DNA from: Alphaproteobacteria bacterium
GTDB lineage: Bacteria > Pseudomonadota > Alphaproteobacteria > JAPULJ01
Reading direction: 5' to 3'
NCBI GenBank assembly: GCA_027295145.1
Contig: JAPULJ010000020.1
Location: forward strand, 1-50,456
Length of the DNA stretch: 50,456 nt
Part shown: in pieces, positions 17,404-27,705 of the stretch
How the letters are laid out: each line of letters begins with the position of its first letter
How positions within the stretch are numbered: the stretch's first letter is position 1
Notes under the pieces: model-generated
Databases searched by the model: none
The model's input: the letters and a program-made list of their open reading frames with translations, nothing else
Told to the model about the DNA's origin: nothing
Translations under genes and position numbers: made by a program

Positions 17404-17415
17404 CGGGACCGGCAC

Positions 17416-17919
17416 CTACCGTTCGAGCAGGATGTCCTCGTCCTCGCCGAATTGAAGCTCATCGCAATTGGTGTCATCGCCGCCGCGGTCGATGACGAGG
17501 AAGCGGGTTTCGTGGCCGAGGGCGATGACAGGATGGTGCCAGACGCCGGGAGCGTAGTTCACGCCCTGGCCCTTGCGCGCAAGGAAGGCCCTCAGATCGC
17601 CGGATTTCGGGTCATCGCCGGGAGCCGCCACGACGACGAGAAAATCGGCCTCATCGAGCGGCACGAAGGCCTGGCTGCCCAGCGGGTGGCGCTCGATCAT
17701 TGTAATCCGCAAGGGCAGGGGCTGGGGCTGGGTAACGAAGACACTGAGCAGGGGGCGACCCTCGTCCTGGCCCACATCTATGCGGGCGAGGTCATCATAC
17801 CGCTGGGTCGTGCCCTGGTTGATCGATCGCGGCGTGTTCCCCGTTGTCTCGATGACATCGCCGTAAGGGGAGAAGGCGACGGCGGTAAGGGGCATGGGTT
17901 CGAGCCGAAGCTTGCTCAT
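17416..17919 (-). CDS. allA: ureidoglycolate lyase
   Basis: 167-aa ORF beginning [24 protein letters not shown]. It sits in a purine-catabolic operon with a 4-nt overlap to alc. Confidence 0.88.
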   Translation of the reverse strand: MSKLRLEPMPLTAVAFSPYGDVIETTGNTPRSINQGTTQRYDDLARIDVGQDEGRPLLSVFVTQPQPLPLRITMIERHPLGSQAFVPLDEADFLVVVAAPGDDPKSGDLRAFLARKGQGVNYAPGVWHHPVIALGHETRFLVIDRGGDDTNCDELQFGEDEDILLER

Positions 17920-18917
17920 CGAATTATGGTTCCGAACAGGCGCAACCGGCTGACCCCGCCGTCGGGGAAGATGTTGAAGCGGATATGAGTGATCGGGCCG
18001 CTACCGGCGAGCTCGGAATCAAAGATATGTTCGCGGTCCATCTGCAGCTTCTGTTCGGGAAGGAGGGATCGCCACTTGACGCTGTCATCGAGCGCGCCTG
18101 CGTCATCCATGCCGTCCAGATCGGCCCCTTCGATCGAGCACCGGTCGGGAAAGTTGCCCTTGAAATTGGCAGTGTCGACGGTGATCCGCCTGATCTCACC
18201 GCGATGTCCAAGGGCGATGATGGCCCAGTCGTTGCCGGGCTCACGCCGGCGCCTGGTTTCCCAGCCATCACCCATATCGACCCCGCGCCCGGGCGCCAGC
18301 AGATTTTCAGGCGAGCCGAAATGCATATCGTTGCAGTCCACGACACGCCCTCCGTGGCGCAGCGCGACGAGGTCAATTAGCTCGGCTGGATCATGGCGCT
18401 CCCAATCGGCACGGACCCTCCCATAGACCCTTAATCGCGCGATCCCGCCATCGGGAAAGATATGCAGGCGCACATGGGTCCAGGCCTCGCCGCTGTCGAC
18501 GGCGAATAGGTGATGGGCATCAGGGCCCAGTCCCATGCGCGGCACGATTTCGGTCCAGGCCGTTTCGTCGCCGGGATCGTCCTGACAGGCGCAGGCTTCG
18601 ATCGAAGCTTCGGGTGGGTAGTTGCCGGTAAAATGACTGGTATCGATATCGACGCCCTTGATGATGCCGGGCAGGCCCAGGCGGACGATGCAGAAATCGT
18701 GCCCGTCATCGCGCCGTCGGCGGCTCTCCCATCCGTCCATCCACTTGCCGTGATCGTCATATTTGCCGGCGATGAAGACCGGCGGTGCGGGGCTGAGCAT
18801 TCGTTCCTTCGGAGCGAAGAAATCGTCGGTCGCGAAGATCGCCTTGGCACCCAGGCGCGGCTGCGCCAGGTTTACCCATTTTCGGACGAAGTCTGCGGTT
18901 TCGTGCGGCGCTGTCAT
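17916..18917 (-). CDS. alc: allantoicase
   Basis: 333-aa ORF with two internal allantoicase repeats (DGWE(S/T)RRRR.. occurs twice). Confidence 0.9.
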   Translation of the reverse strand: MTAPHETADFVRKWVNLAQPRLGAKAIFATDDFFAPKERMLSPAPPVFIAGKYDDHGKWMDGWESRRRRDDGHDFCIVRLGLPGIIKGVDIDTSHFTGNYPPEASIEACACQDDPGDETAWTEIVPRMGLGPDAHHLFAVDSGEAWTHVRLHIFPDGGIARLRVYGRVRADWERHDPAELIDLVALRHGGRVVDCNDMHFGSPENLLAPGRGVDMGDGWETRRRREPGNDWAIIALGHRGEIRRITVDTANFKGNFPDRCSIEGADLDGMDDAGALDDSVKWRSLLPEQKLQMDREHIFDSELAGSGPITHIRFNIFPDGGVSRLRLFGTIIR

Positions 18918-19420
18918 TTGCCGACCGTCTCCTGCAAGCGCAGCCAGACAATGCGGGCGACCTGTTCCAATGCGGTGTTGAATTCGCTGTCGGCATCGTT
19001 AGCAAGGCGCGTTTCGAAGGCCTTCAGGATGGCCGCCCGGCTATTGTCCTTGACGGCAATGATGAAGGGGAAATCGAACTTGGCCTTATAGGCGTCGTTG
19101 AGGCTCCCGAAGCGTTCGAGTTCCTCGGCGCTACAACAATCGAGACCAGCGGCGGCCTGCTCCTCCCTCGAAGATCGGGTCAATTCACCGGCGAGGGCCA
19201 GCTTGCCGGCAAGCTCGGGATGCTCACGCAGCAGGTCAAGCTGCCGCTCGCGCGGGGCGGCGCGCACGGCGCCGACCATGGCTTCGTGCAGCGCATCGAG
19301 CGTCTCGAAGGGACGCGCTTTCATAGCGCTTTCGGCGACCCAGGGCGAATGCTCGAAGACCTCCCCGAGACTGGCAAGAAATGTCGGCAAATCCATCTTG
19401 TTGAGCGCTTGGAGGTTCAT
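18914..19420 (-). CDS. uraD: 2-oxo-4-hydroxy-4-carboxy-5-ureidoimidazoline (OHCU) decarboxylase
   Basis: 168-aa ORF with FEHSPWVAE and [11 protein letters not shown] motifs, in operon context. Confidence 0.88.
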   Translation of the reverse strand: MNLQALNKMDLPTFLASLGEVFEHSPWVAESAMKARPFETLDALHEAMVGAVRAAPRERQLDLLREHPELAGKLALAGELTRSSREEQAAAGLDCCSAEELERFGSLNDAYKAKFDFPFIIAVKDNSRAAILKAFETRLANDADSEFNTALEQVARIVWLRLQETVGK

Positions 19421-20370
19421 CGGCCGGCGTTTCTAGATTTTTGATTACGCGGCAGGTGGTGCTTGTGCCAGTGCCGGGCAATCTGCGCGCGGTGGCATAG
19501 CCAAACCTTATCGTGCCCCTGAACGTAGTCAAGGAAGCGGGCCAGCGCCTGCGCCCGCCCTGGACGCCCTGCCAGCCGGCAGTGCAGCCCGACCGACATC
19601 ATCTTGGGCGCTGTCTCTCCCTCGCGGTAGAGCTGATCGAAGCTGGCTTTGAGATAGGCAAAGAACTGCTCGCCTGAATTGAAACCCTGCGCGGTGGCGA
19701 ACCGCATGTCATTGGCATCGAGAGTATAGGGAACCATGAGCAGGCGCTTGCCGGAGAGTTGCGTCCAGTAGGGCAGATCGTCGGCATAGCTATCCGCGCA
19801 ATAAAGAAATCCACCATACTCGGCAACCAACCGCAGCGTATTGGGGCTCGTCCGGCCGGTGTACCAGCCGACCGGACGCTTACCCGTCAGGCGCTTGATA
19901 GCCTCGATTGCGCGGCCCATATGGGCGCGCTCGATATCCTCGGGGACATACTGGTAATCGATCCAGCGCCAGCCGTGGCTCGCCACCTCATGCCCGGCCT
20001 CGATCATTGCCGACGCCACATCCGGGTTGCGTTCGAGAGCCATGCCGACGGCGAAAACCGTCAGCGGCAAGCGGCGCTCGGCGAATATCCGCATGAGTCG
20101 CCAGAATCCGGCCCGACTGCCATACTCATAGAGCGACTCCATGTTCATATGGCGCACTCCATGGAGCGGCTGGGCGCCAACCATCTCCGAGAGAAAAGCC
20201 TCGGAAGCCGCATCGCCGTGGAGGATTGAATTCTCGGCCCCCTCTTCGTAGTTGAGGACAAACTGTATAGCCAACCGCGCCTTGCCCGGCCATTTGGGGT
20301 CGGGCGGCATGCGGCCGTAGCCTTTCATGTCGCGGGGATAGCGGGATTGATTGAGCATCGAGCTACTCAA
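19417..20370 (-). CDS. puuE: allantoinase PuuE (polysaccharide-deacetylase fold)
   Basis: 317-aa ORF. It begins YPRDMKGYG..PPDPKWPG.ARLAIQFVLNYEEG, as PuuE-type allantoinases do. Confidence 0.88.
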   Translation of the reverse strand: MSSSMLNQSRYPRDMKGYGRMPPDPKWPGKARLAIQFVLNYEEGAENSILHGDAASEAFLSEMVGAQPLHGVRHMNMESLYEYGSRAGFWRLMRIFAERRLPLTVFAVGMALERNPDVASAMIEAGHEVASHGWRWIDYQYVPEDIERAHMGRAIEAIKRLTGKRPVGWYTGRTSPNTLRLVAEYGGFLYCADSYADDLPYWTQLSGKRLLMVPYTLDANDMRFATAQGFNSGEQFFAYLKASFDQLYREGETAPKMMSVGLHCRLAGRPGRAQALARFLDYVQGHDKVWLCHRAQIARHWHKHHLPRNQKSRNAGR

Positions 20371-21562
20371 TCTTCGCCCCTTGTGCGATCCAGCGGCCGA
20401 GAAGGGCGCGCTCGGCCATCGTCATCTTGGTTTCATTGCCTAGCGGCATGACTTTGGTATCGACGGACTGTTTCCTGATCTTAACCGCCCATTGGCGGAT
20501 TTGCGCCGGGGTTTCAAGCATCACGCCTTTCGGTGCTTCCTCGAAATCCTCGCGGTTTGGTTTTTTTGCGTGGCACGAGACGCAATGTTTGGCGACAATA
20601 TTGTTCACAGCGGCGAAGGCGACTGGTCCGTTTTGCGCATCACCAGCGCCGGTTTTCGGTAGGCTGGCGGTAACAATCAGGACAATGAAACCCACCAGCG
20701 AAGCGCCGATGGCGACCCAGCCGGTCCCTTTGCGGCCCTTGTTGCGCAGGTTGAAGCTGTGGCGGACCACGGCGCCGATCGCAAACAGCGCCAACAGAAT
20801 CACCCAATTAATGTTGTGTCCAAAGGTCATTGGATAATGCGCACTAATCATTGTAAAAATGACTGGTAGCGTTAGGTAGTTATTGTGGACCGAACGCTGC
20901 TTGGCCCTGATCCCAAGTTGGGCGTCGGGCGTGGTTCCAGCCTTGGCCGCAGCGACCAGCCCCTGCTGCGATGGGATAATCCGCCGCCACACATTGGCCG
21001 CCATGATGGTACCCATCAGCGCGCCGGTATGGATAAACGCGGCGCGGCCGCTGAAGAATTGGGAGAAACCGAAGGCGAAGCCGGCCAAGGCCAAAAGCGA
21101 GACAATATTGGCCAGACCCTGCCGGTTCTTGGCCAGCGGCGAGGCCCACAGGGCGTCGTAGGCGAACCAGGCGACGGCGATCGCCCCGATGCCGATGGCT
21201 ACCGCTACTCCCGGCGCGATTTCAGCGATCTCTGGGTCGATCATGAAGACCCGCGCCCCGAGATAGTAGACCAGCGCCAAAAGCAGCGCCCCGGTTATCC
21301 AGGTAAACGTCGCTTCCCAGATGAACCAGTGGAGGGTTTTGGGCATTTTCTTGGGCGCAACATCAATCTTGTGGATCTGGTAGAAACCGCCCGAATGGAC
21401 CATCCATATCTCGCCTTCGACGCCTTCCCTTGGTTCCGCCGGTTTCTCCAGATGGGCGTCCAGCCACATGAAATAGAAGGACGAGCCGATCCAGGCGATG
21501 CCGGTGACGATATGCGCCCAGCGCAGCGCCAGATTGAGCCAGTCACCGAAGGCGATATCCAT
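20363..21562 (-). CDS. puuD: urate hydroxylase PuuD (integral-membrane cytochrome c urate oxidase)
   Basis: 399-aa ORF with multiple TM helices and a C-terminal haem-c motif CVSCH. It occupies the position a uricase normally holds in this operon. Confidence 0.85.
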   Translation of the reverse strand: MDIAFGDWLNLALRWAHIVTGIAWIGSSFYFMWLDAHLEKPAEPREGVEGEIWMVHSGGFYQIHKIDVAPKKMPKTLHWFIWEATFTWITGALLLALVYYLGARVFMIDPEIAEIAPGVAVAIGIGAIAVAWFAYDALWASPLAKNRQGLANIVSLLALAGFAFGFSQFFSGRAAFIHTGALMGTIMAANVWRRIIPSQQGLVAAAKAGTTPDAQLGIRAKQRSVHNNYLTLPVIFTMISAHYPMTFGHNINWVILLALFAIGAVVRHSFNLRNKGRKGTGWVAIGASLVGFIVLIVTASLPKTGAGDAQNGPVAFAAVNNIVAKHCVSCHAKKPNREDFEEAPKGVMLETPAQIRQWAVKIRKQSVDTKVMPLGNETKMTMAERALLGRWIAQGAKIE

Positions 21563-21567
21563 CGGTG

Positions 21568-22293
21568 TTAGCTTCCTGCCTGACCGGCGGCCAGGGCCGG
21601 GCGGGCGAAAATCTCGGCCAGCCCGCGTTCGGTGTCGGGAATGTCGATAGTGAGTTTTTGCTCGCAGGCCTGAAGGTGGGCATCCATCAGCGCCCGGGCG
21701 CGGGGGGCGTCTTTAGCCGCCAGAGCGTCGATGATACCGGCGTGCTCCTCGTGGGAACAGGCGGAGTTTCCCGGACGCTCGTAAAGCGAGATGATCAGCG
21801 AGGTGCGCGAGACCAGCTCCTTGAGGTACTCGCTGAGGACGCTGTTACCGGCGGATTCGGCTAGGCAAAGATGGAAGGCGCCGGAAAGCCGGATCAGATC
21901 GGCGCGATTGCCCGCACCGTGCGCGGCATGCTCCTCGCTGACCAAGGCACCGAGCTGCTCGATCTGCGTTTTGGCGATGGCGGGGAGCATCTTGTCGATA
22001 AGCGCGCCTTCGATGACGCGGCGGGCCTCGAAGACCTCAGCCGCTTCCTCTATCGTGGGGCTGGCGACGACGGCGCCGCGGTTGGGGCGCACCTCGACGA
22101 GGTTCTCGTGGGCAAGGCGGAGGAGGGCTTTGCGAACGATTGTGCGGCTGACCCCGAAGATCTCGCCCAACCCGTCTTCTGGTAGCTTGGTACCCGGCGC
22201 CAGTCGCTGTTCGAGGATGGCGTTGTGAAGCTCGCGATAGATTTCTTCGTCGCCCAGCGCGGCTTTGGCTATTGGTGGATTGGTACTCAGCAT
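21568..22293 (-). CDS. GntR-family (FadR/FCD-type) transcriptional regulator
   Basis: HTH segment LPEDGLGEIFGVSRTIVRKALLRLAHENLVEVRPNRGAVV followed by an FCD-like C-terminal domain. Start placed at ATG 22293 (MLSTNPP...); the track begins at GTG 22329. There are 5 bp between its stop and the puuD start. Confidence 0.85.
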   Translation of the reverse strand: MLSTNPPIAKAALGDEEIYRELHNAILEQRLAPGTKLPEDGLGEIFGVSRTIVRKALLRLAHENLVEVRPNRGAVVASPTIEEAAEVFEARRVIEGALIDKMLPAIAKTQIEQLGALVSEEHAAHGAGNRADLIRLSGAFHLCLAESAGNSVLSEYLKELVSRTSLIISLYERPGNSACSHEEHAGIIDALAAKDAPRARALMDAHLQACEQKLTIDIPDTERGLAEIFARPALAAGQAGS

Positions 22294-22362
22294 GCGTTCT
22301 GTCCCGCAGGTCCGGCATATCGTATACACATTGTGATCTGATTATACAAAAAAAGACGATAT

Positions 22363-22379
22363 ATTGGATACAATCCAAT
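22363..22379. promoter_or_regulatory. perfect 17-bp palindrome ATTGGATACAATCCAAT in the divergent gntR/uraH promoter region, candidate operator
   Basis: 7-bp arms with a 3-bp centre, read directly from the sequence. It lies in the roughly 200-bp AT-richer gap between the divergent operons. Confidence 0.45.
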
Positions 22380-22495
22380 GGACAATCTCCCGCGGAACAT
22401 CGACAATGGCCAGAAGACGCTGGCATCGAGGTAAGGGAGGCTCTCCTTGGTGATTGTAAATGGCGCATCGTGGCAATCGGTGCGGGCTCGTTAGG

Positions 22496-22849
22496 ATGGG
22501 CCGGCTGACGACCCACGTGCTCGACACGGCGCGCGGAGTGCCCGGCGCCGGCATCGCCATCGAACTTTACCGGCATGATGGCGATACAACAGCGCGCATT
22601 AAAAGCGTCACCACCAACGATGATGGGCGGTGCGATACGCCGTTGCTGGAAGGCCCCGCTATGACCGCTGGGATCTACGAGCTGGTCTTCCAAGCCGGCG
22701 CATATTTCCGCGGCCTTGGTTTGGCGCTGCCCGATCCGCCGTTCCTCGATGTGATCCCGATCCGCTTCTCGGTTGCCGACGAGAATGCCCACTATCACGT
22801 CCCGCTGCTGCTCTCGCCGTGGAGCTATTCGACCTACAGGGGCAGTTGA
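22496..22849 (+). CDS. uraH: 5-hydroxyisourate hydrolase (transthyretin-like)
   Basis: [19 protein letters not shown]... and the C-terminal YSTYRGS tetrapeptide-type ending. The track ORF starts earlier, at 22460. Confidence 0.9.
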   Translation: MGRLTTHVLDTARGVPGAGIAIELYRHDGDTTARIKSVTTNDDGRCDTPLLEGPAMTAGIYELVFQAGAYFRGLGLALPDPPFLDVIPIRFSVADENAHYHVPLLLSPWSYSTYRGS

Positions 22850-24330
22850 TGGCTGGCTCTGACGCCATACGCTTCGTATTCGGAGGCATTCTACGCGAGC
22901 TTCGCGGGGTCGATCCCAACACTACGATCCTTAACTGGCTGCGCGAAAACGAACGTAAAACCGGCACCAAGGAGGGCTGCGCCGAGGGCGATTGCGGTGC
23001 CTGCACCGTCGTTCTGGGCGAGTTGGTGGGGAGCAGGATCCGCTACAGCGCGCTCAATGCGTGTCTTCTGTTCGTTCCCGTCCTCGACGGCAAGGAACTC
23101 GTCGTTGTCGAGGATTTGCGGGGTCAGGACGGCAAACTGCACCCAGTTCAGCAAGCGCTGGTCGATCACCACGGCTCGCAATGCGGTTTCTGCACGCCGG
23201 GCTTCGTGATGTCGCTGTTTGCGCTCTACAAGGCCGAGGCGAAGCCAGAGCGGGCCCGTATCAACGACGCCATCGCCGGGAACCTCTGCCGCTGCACCGG
23301 CTATCGGCCGATCATCGATGCGGGCTTAGTCATGGGCAAGTACGGCGAAAGCGATCAGTTCTCGGCGCGCGAGAAGCAAACCGCTCGGCTGCTGCGCTCG
23401 ATCCGGCGTAAGGAGACCTTTGCCTACCAGGCCAACAACCGCCAATATTTCGCCCCGACAAGCGAGGACGAACTGGCGGCGCTCACCAAGAAATACCCTG
23501 ATGCAAACTTACTCGCTGGCGGCACCGACCTTGGCCTGTTGGTGACCAAGCAGCATCGCGATCTCGACACGTTAATTGCCCTCGGCGGGATCGCCGGCAT
23601 GCGTTACGCAAGGCGCAGTGGCGAAACCATCGAGATCGGTGCGGCTACGTCCTACAGCGAGGCCAGCGCGATTATCGGTGAGGCTTATCCCGATTTCGGC
23701 GAGATATTCCGGCGGCTCGGCTCGGTGCAGATCCGCAATGCCGGGACTATCGGCGGCAACATCGCAAATGCCTCGCCGATAGGCGATTCGATGCCCGGGC
23801 TGATTGCCCTCGGCGCGTCGCTACTCTTGCGCCGGGGCAAAACCATCCGCCAAGTGCCGCTCGACGAATTCTACACCGGCTATCGCCAAACCGTGCTCGA
23901 ACCCGGCGAGTTCATCACTGAGATTCGCCTGCCGGCGCCGCGTAAGGATCGCCACTTTCACACCGCCAAGGTTTGCAAGCGCTTCGATCAGGATATCTCG
24001 GCCGTGTGCGGCGCCTTCGCGATCACCGTCACCGGCGGGCGTATCAGCGAGGCGCGCGTCTGTTATGGCGGCATGGCGTCAACCCCGCAGCGGGCCGCGC
24101 GATGCGAGGCGGCGCTGGTAGGCAAACCGTGGGGTGAAGGGGCGATCGAGGATGCGGCCCGTGCCCTCGAACGGGATTTTACGCCGCTCAGCGACGTGCG
24201 GGCCAGCGCCGGCTACCGAATGTCGGTGGCCAGGAACCTCCTGCACCGCATGCTTTTCGACACCGCCGGCGGACCTGGGCTCAGCCACGTGCTAGCCTAT
24301 GAAGGTTCCCAGGCGGGGAGTGGAGCTTAA
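22849..24330 (+). CDS. xdhA: xanthine dehydrogenase small subunit ([2Fe-2S] + FAD domains)
   Basis: GCAEGDCGACTV, QCGFCTPGF and CRCTGYRPI, then the FAD domain LLAGGTDLGL. Start at ATG 22849, sharing one base with the uraH stop (TGATG). Confidence 0.9.
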   Translation: MAGSDAIRFVFGGILRELRGVDPNTTILNWLRENERKTGTKEGCAEGDCGACTVVLGELVGSRIRYSALNACLLFVPVLDGKELVVVEDLRGQDGKLHPVQQALVDHHGSQCGFCTPGFVMSLFALYKAEAKPERARINDAIAGNLCRCTGYRPIIDAGLVMGKYGESDQFSAREKQTARLLRSIRRKETFAYQANNRQYFAPTSEDELAALTKKYPDANLLAGGTDLGLLVTKQHRDLDTLIALGGIAGMRYARRSGETIEIGAATSYSEASAIIGEAYPDFGEIFRRLGSVQIRNAGTIGGNIANASPIGDSMPGLIALGASLLLRRGKTIRQVPLDEFYTGYRQTVLEPGEFITEIRLPAPRKDRHFHTAKVCKRFDQDISAVCGAFAITVTGGRISEARVCYGGMASTPQRAARCEAALVGKPWGEGAIEDAARALERDFTPLSDVRASAGYRMSVARNLLHRMLFDTAGGPGLSHVLAYEGSQAGSGA

Positions 24331-24334
24331 GGCC

Positions 24335-26674
24335 ATGGCAGGGCGCTCTGAGATCACCACCGGCGTCTACCGCGCACTGCCCCATGACAGTGCCGAGAAG
24401 CATGTCAGCGGGGAGGCCCACTACATCGACGATTTGCCCGAGCCGCCGGGGCTGCTGCACGCCGCATTCGGCCTCAGCGAGCGGCCCCACGCGCGCCTCA
24501 AAAGCATCGATCTGGGCCCCGTCCGCACCGCTCCGGGCGTGTTCGCGGTGATGACTGCCGACGACGTGCCGGGCCAGAACAACTGCGCGCCGGTTATGCA
24601 CGACGATCCCATTTTCGCCGACGGCCTTGTCGAATATGTCGGCCAGTCGATATTCGCCGTCGCCGCGCAGAGCGTCGAGGAGGCCCGCCGCGCTGCGCTT
24701 ATGGCGGTGATTGAGTACGAGGATCTGCCGCCGATCCTCACCATAGAGGCAGCGATGGCGGCCAAGTCCTTCGTTTTACCGCCCTATAAGATGAACCGGG
24801 GCGATGCCAGGAAGGCGATCGCCGGCGCGCGACATCGCCTTTCCGGCCAGTTTACCAGCGGTGGCCAGGACCAGTTCTACCTTGAGGGCCAGATTGCCTT
24901 AGCGGTGCCGGGCGAGGACCGCGACATGTTAGTTCACAGCTCTACCCAAAACCCCAACGAGGTCCAGCACCTGGTCGCCGAAGCCCTAGCCGTGGAGAGC
25001 AACGCTGTCACTGTTGAGGTCCGGCGAATGGGCGGCGCATTCGGCGGCAAGGAGACCCAGCCGGCCCTGTTCGCCTGCATCGCCGCTCTTCTGGCGCGCG
25101 CGACGGGCCGCCCGGTGAAGGCCCGCGCCGACCGCGACGACGACATGGTGATGACCGGCAAGCGCCATGATTTTTCGTCTTCCTACAAGGTCGGATTCGG
25201 TGATAACGGACGGATCGAGGGGATAACCATCGAGTTGGCCGCACGCTGCGGGATGTCGGCGGACTTATCGGCGGCGATCTGCGACCGCGCCATGTTCCAC
25301 GCCGATAATGGCTACTACCTCGGTAATGTCTCGATTGTCTCCCATCGCTGTAAAACCAACACTGTGTCCAACACCGCTTTCCGCGGCTTCGGTGGGCCGC
25401 AGGGGATGCTGGTGATCGAGCAGGTGATCGAGCGCATCGCCGGCGCACTAGACCTCGATCCGCTCGATGTGCGCCGAATCAATCTGTACGGAGGTAGGGG
25501 CCGGGACGTGACTCCCTACCACATGAAGGTTGAAGACAATATTCTTCCGCAACTCCTTGATAAATTGGAAAAATCTTCAAACTATCGCGCCCGTCGCCGG
25601 GAGATCGACGGCTTCAACCGCACCAATCCTGTGCTCAAACGCGGGATCGCGCTGACCCCGGTAAAGTTCGGAATTTCATTTACCACTACTCACCTCAATC
25701 AGGCCGGCGCCCTGGTCCACATCTATACCGACGGCAGCATCCATCTCAACCACGGCGGCACCGAGATGGGGCAGGGGCTGTTCGTCAAAATCGCCCAGAT
25801 CGTGGCCGAGGAATTCCAGGTGGATCTGGACCGTATCAAGATCACCGCGACAAGGACCGACAAAGTCCCCAACGCCTCAGCGACCGCGGCTTCCTCGGGG
25901 ACCGACATAAACGGCATGGCGGCGCTCAACGCCGCACGGAGCATCAAACGGCGTCTGATCACGTTCGCTGCCGAGGCCTATCGCTGCACCAAGTCCGAAG
26001 TGCGCTTCGCCAACAACCGGGTGGTGGCGGGTAAGAAAAAAATAACCTTCAACGAACTGGTCCGGGCTGCCTACATGGCGCGCGTATCATTGTCGGCGAC
26101 CGGGTTCTACCGAACGCCCAAGATCCACTTCGACCGCAAAACCGCCCGCGGCCGGCCGTTTTACTACTTTGCCTACGGGGCGGCGGTCTCCGAGGTCGTT
26201 ATCGACACGCTGACCGGCGAATACCGCCTGGTCCGCGTTGATATCCTCCACGATGTCGGCAAATCGATCAATCCGGCGATGGATATCGGTCAGATCGAGG
26301 GCGGTTTCTTGCAGGGCATGGGTTGGCTGACCATGGAGGAGCTATGCTGGAACGAAGGCGGCGCGCTGACCACCCACGCCCCCTCGACCTATAAGATCCC
26401 GGCGGCGAGCGACTGGCCCGAAGATGTCCGCATCGATATCTACCGGCACGGCCGCAATCGCGAGCCGACGATCCACCGCTCCAAAGCCGTCGGCGAACCC
26501 CCCTTGATGCTGGCGATCTCGGTGTTCCAGGCAATCGGCGATGCAGTGGCGGCAACTTGCGAGCACCGGATCGTCCCCCGGCTCGATGCGCCGGCGACGC
26601 CCGAACGGGTGTTGTTGGCGCTAGAGGACATGCGGGCAATGCTGGCAAATGAAAAAGCGGAGGCAGCCGAATGA
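24335..26674 (+). CDS. xdhB: xanthine dehydrogenase molybdopterin-binding large subunit
   Basis: About 780 aa with GGAFGGKETQ and FRGFGGPQG motifs. Start placed at ATG 24335, just after the xdhA stop; the track's 24299 start overlaps xdhA. Confidence 0.9.
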   Translation: MAGRSEITTGVYRALPHDSAEKHVSGEAHYIDDLPEPPGLLHAAFGLSERPHARLKSIDLGPVRTAPGVFAVMTADDVPGQNNCAPVMHDDPIFADGLVEYVGQSIFAVAAQSVEEARRAALMAVIEYEDLPPILTIEAAMAAKSFVLPPYKMNRGDARKAIAGARHRLSGQFTSGGQDQFYLEGQIALAVPGEDRDMLVHSSTQNPNEVQHLVAEALAVESNAVTVEVRRMGGAFGGKETQPALFACIAALLARATGRPVKARADRDDDMVMTGKRHDFSSSYKVGFGDNGRIEGITIELAARCGMSADLSAAICDRAMFHADNGYYLGNVSIVSHRCKTNTVSNTAFRGFGGPQGMLVIEQVIERIAGALDLDPLDVRRINLYGGRGRDVTPYHMKVEDNILPQLLDKLEKSSNYRARRREIDGFNRTNPVLKRGIALTPVKFGISFTTTHLNQAGALVHIYTDGSIHLNHGGTEMGQGLFVKIAQIVAEEFQVDLDRIKITATRTDKVPNASATAASSGTDINGMAALNAARSIKRRLITFAAEAYRCTKSEVRFANNRVVAGKKKITFNELVRAAYMARVSLSATGFYRTPKIHFDRKTARGRPFYYFAYGAAVSEVVIDTLTGEYRLVRVDILHDVGKSINPAMDIGQIEGGFLQGMGWLTMEELCWNEGGALTTHAPSTYKIPAASDWPEDVRIDIYRHGRNREPTIHRSKAVGEPPLMLAISVFQAIGDAVAATCEHRIVPRLDAPATPERVLLALEDMRAMLANEKAEAAE

Positions 26675-27705
26675 CCGACTGGCTCGAGCATTTCGCCGCC
26701 TTCGAGCGTTGGGCGGAACCGGTCGTCGTGGTGACGGTGGCGCGGGTCGAGGGCTCGGCCCCGCGCGAGGTCGGCGCGCGCATCCTGATTGGTCTCGACC
26801 GGATCAGGGGCACGATCGGCGGCGGCACCCTCGAATACAAGGCCATCGCCTCGGCGCGCGATATGCTGGCCAGCGATGATCCACCGGCGCGGCTCAAGAG
26901 CACTCCGCTGGGCCCGGCGCTCGGCCAGTGCTGCGGGGGAAACGTGGCGCTCCATTTCGAACGGTTCAAGCCGCGCGCCGCGCCAAGCTGGATCAAAGCC
27001 TTGCGCGCGGCCCAGGCGGCCGGCCAGCCGGCAGTCCTGGTGAGCGCTATCGAAGCCCCGACAGCGCGGCATCTTGTCGTGACGGCGACCACCGAGACGG
27101 GCGAGCTCATGCCGGCTGGCAAAGCGGTCCTGCGTCGGGCCCGTGAATGTCTTGCCGGCGGCAATCTCCCGGCCGCCAAAGGCAGGCTACTCTATGAGCT
27201 GACCGGGCAGCATCCCTGGCACATCGTGCTGTTCGGCGCCGGCCATGTCGGGCGGGCGCTGATCTCGGTGCTCAACAGGGTCTCCGGCCGTATCACCTGG
27301 ATCGACGGGCGCCCAGATCAATTCCCCGAGGAAATTCCGGGCAACGTTACGAAGATGATCACGAATGATGCCGAAACGGCGGTCGATGAGGCGCCGACGG
27401 GGGCTTACTATTTGATCATGACCCACAGCCACGCAATCGATCTCGAACTGGTCGAAGCGGTGCTGCGACGGGGCGATTTCGCCTATCTCGGCCTCATCGG
27501 TTCAGCCACTAAGCGGACCCGCTTCGAGCGCCGCCTGCGCTCGCGCGGCATCAGCGACAAGGAGCTTCGCCGGCTCACCTGCCCGATCGGCATCGGCGGG
27601 ATCACCGGCAAGAGCCCGACCGCTATCGCCATTTCGGTGGCGGCGGAACTCCTGCAGCTTCACGAGTTGCGCGCGGCGGTCTCGCCGGCGGAGCGCATCG
27701 CATGA
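26671..27705 (+). CDS. xdhC: xanthine dehydrogenase accessory (Moco insertion/sulfuration) protein
   Basis: 344-aa ORF with ATGA coupling to xdhB. XdhC/CoxI pattern (GSAPREVGARILI...GTIGGG..E) and a Rossmann-like FGAGHVG. Confidence 0.85.
   Translation: MTDWLEHFAAFERWAEPVVVVTVARVEGSAPREVGARILIGLDRIRGTIGGGTLEYKAIASARDMLASDDPPARLKSTPLGPALGQCCGGNVALHFERFKPRAAPSWIKALRAAQAAGQPAVLVSAIEAPTARHLVVTATTETGELMPAGKAVLRRARECLAGGNLPAAKGRLLYELTGQHPWHIVLFGAGHVGRALISVLNRVSGRITWIDGRPDQFPEEIPGNVTKMITNDAETAVDEAPTGAYYLIMTHSHAIDLELVEAVLRRGDFAYLGLIGSATKRTRFERRLRSRGISDKELRRLTCPIGIGGITGKSPTAIAISVAAELLQLHELRAAVSPAERIA

Noticed and set aside
25440-25700. Local GC dip inside xdhB (about 45% over roughly 200 bp), considered as a possible insertion or recombination scar.
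   Set aside because: The reading frame and conserved XdhB sequence continue uninterrupted through it. It is most simply a compositional fluctuation, and it was not quantified.
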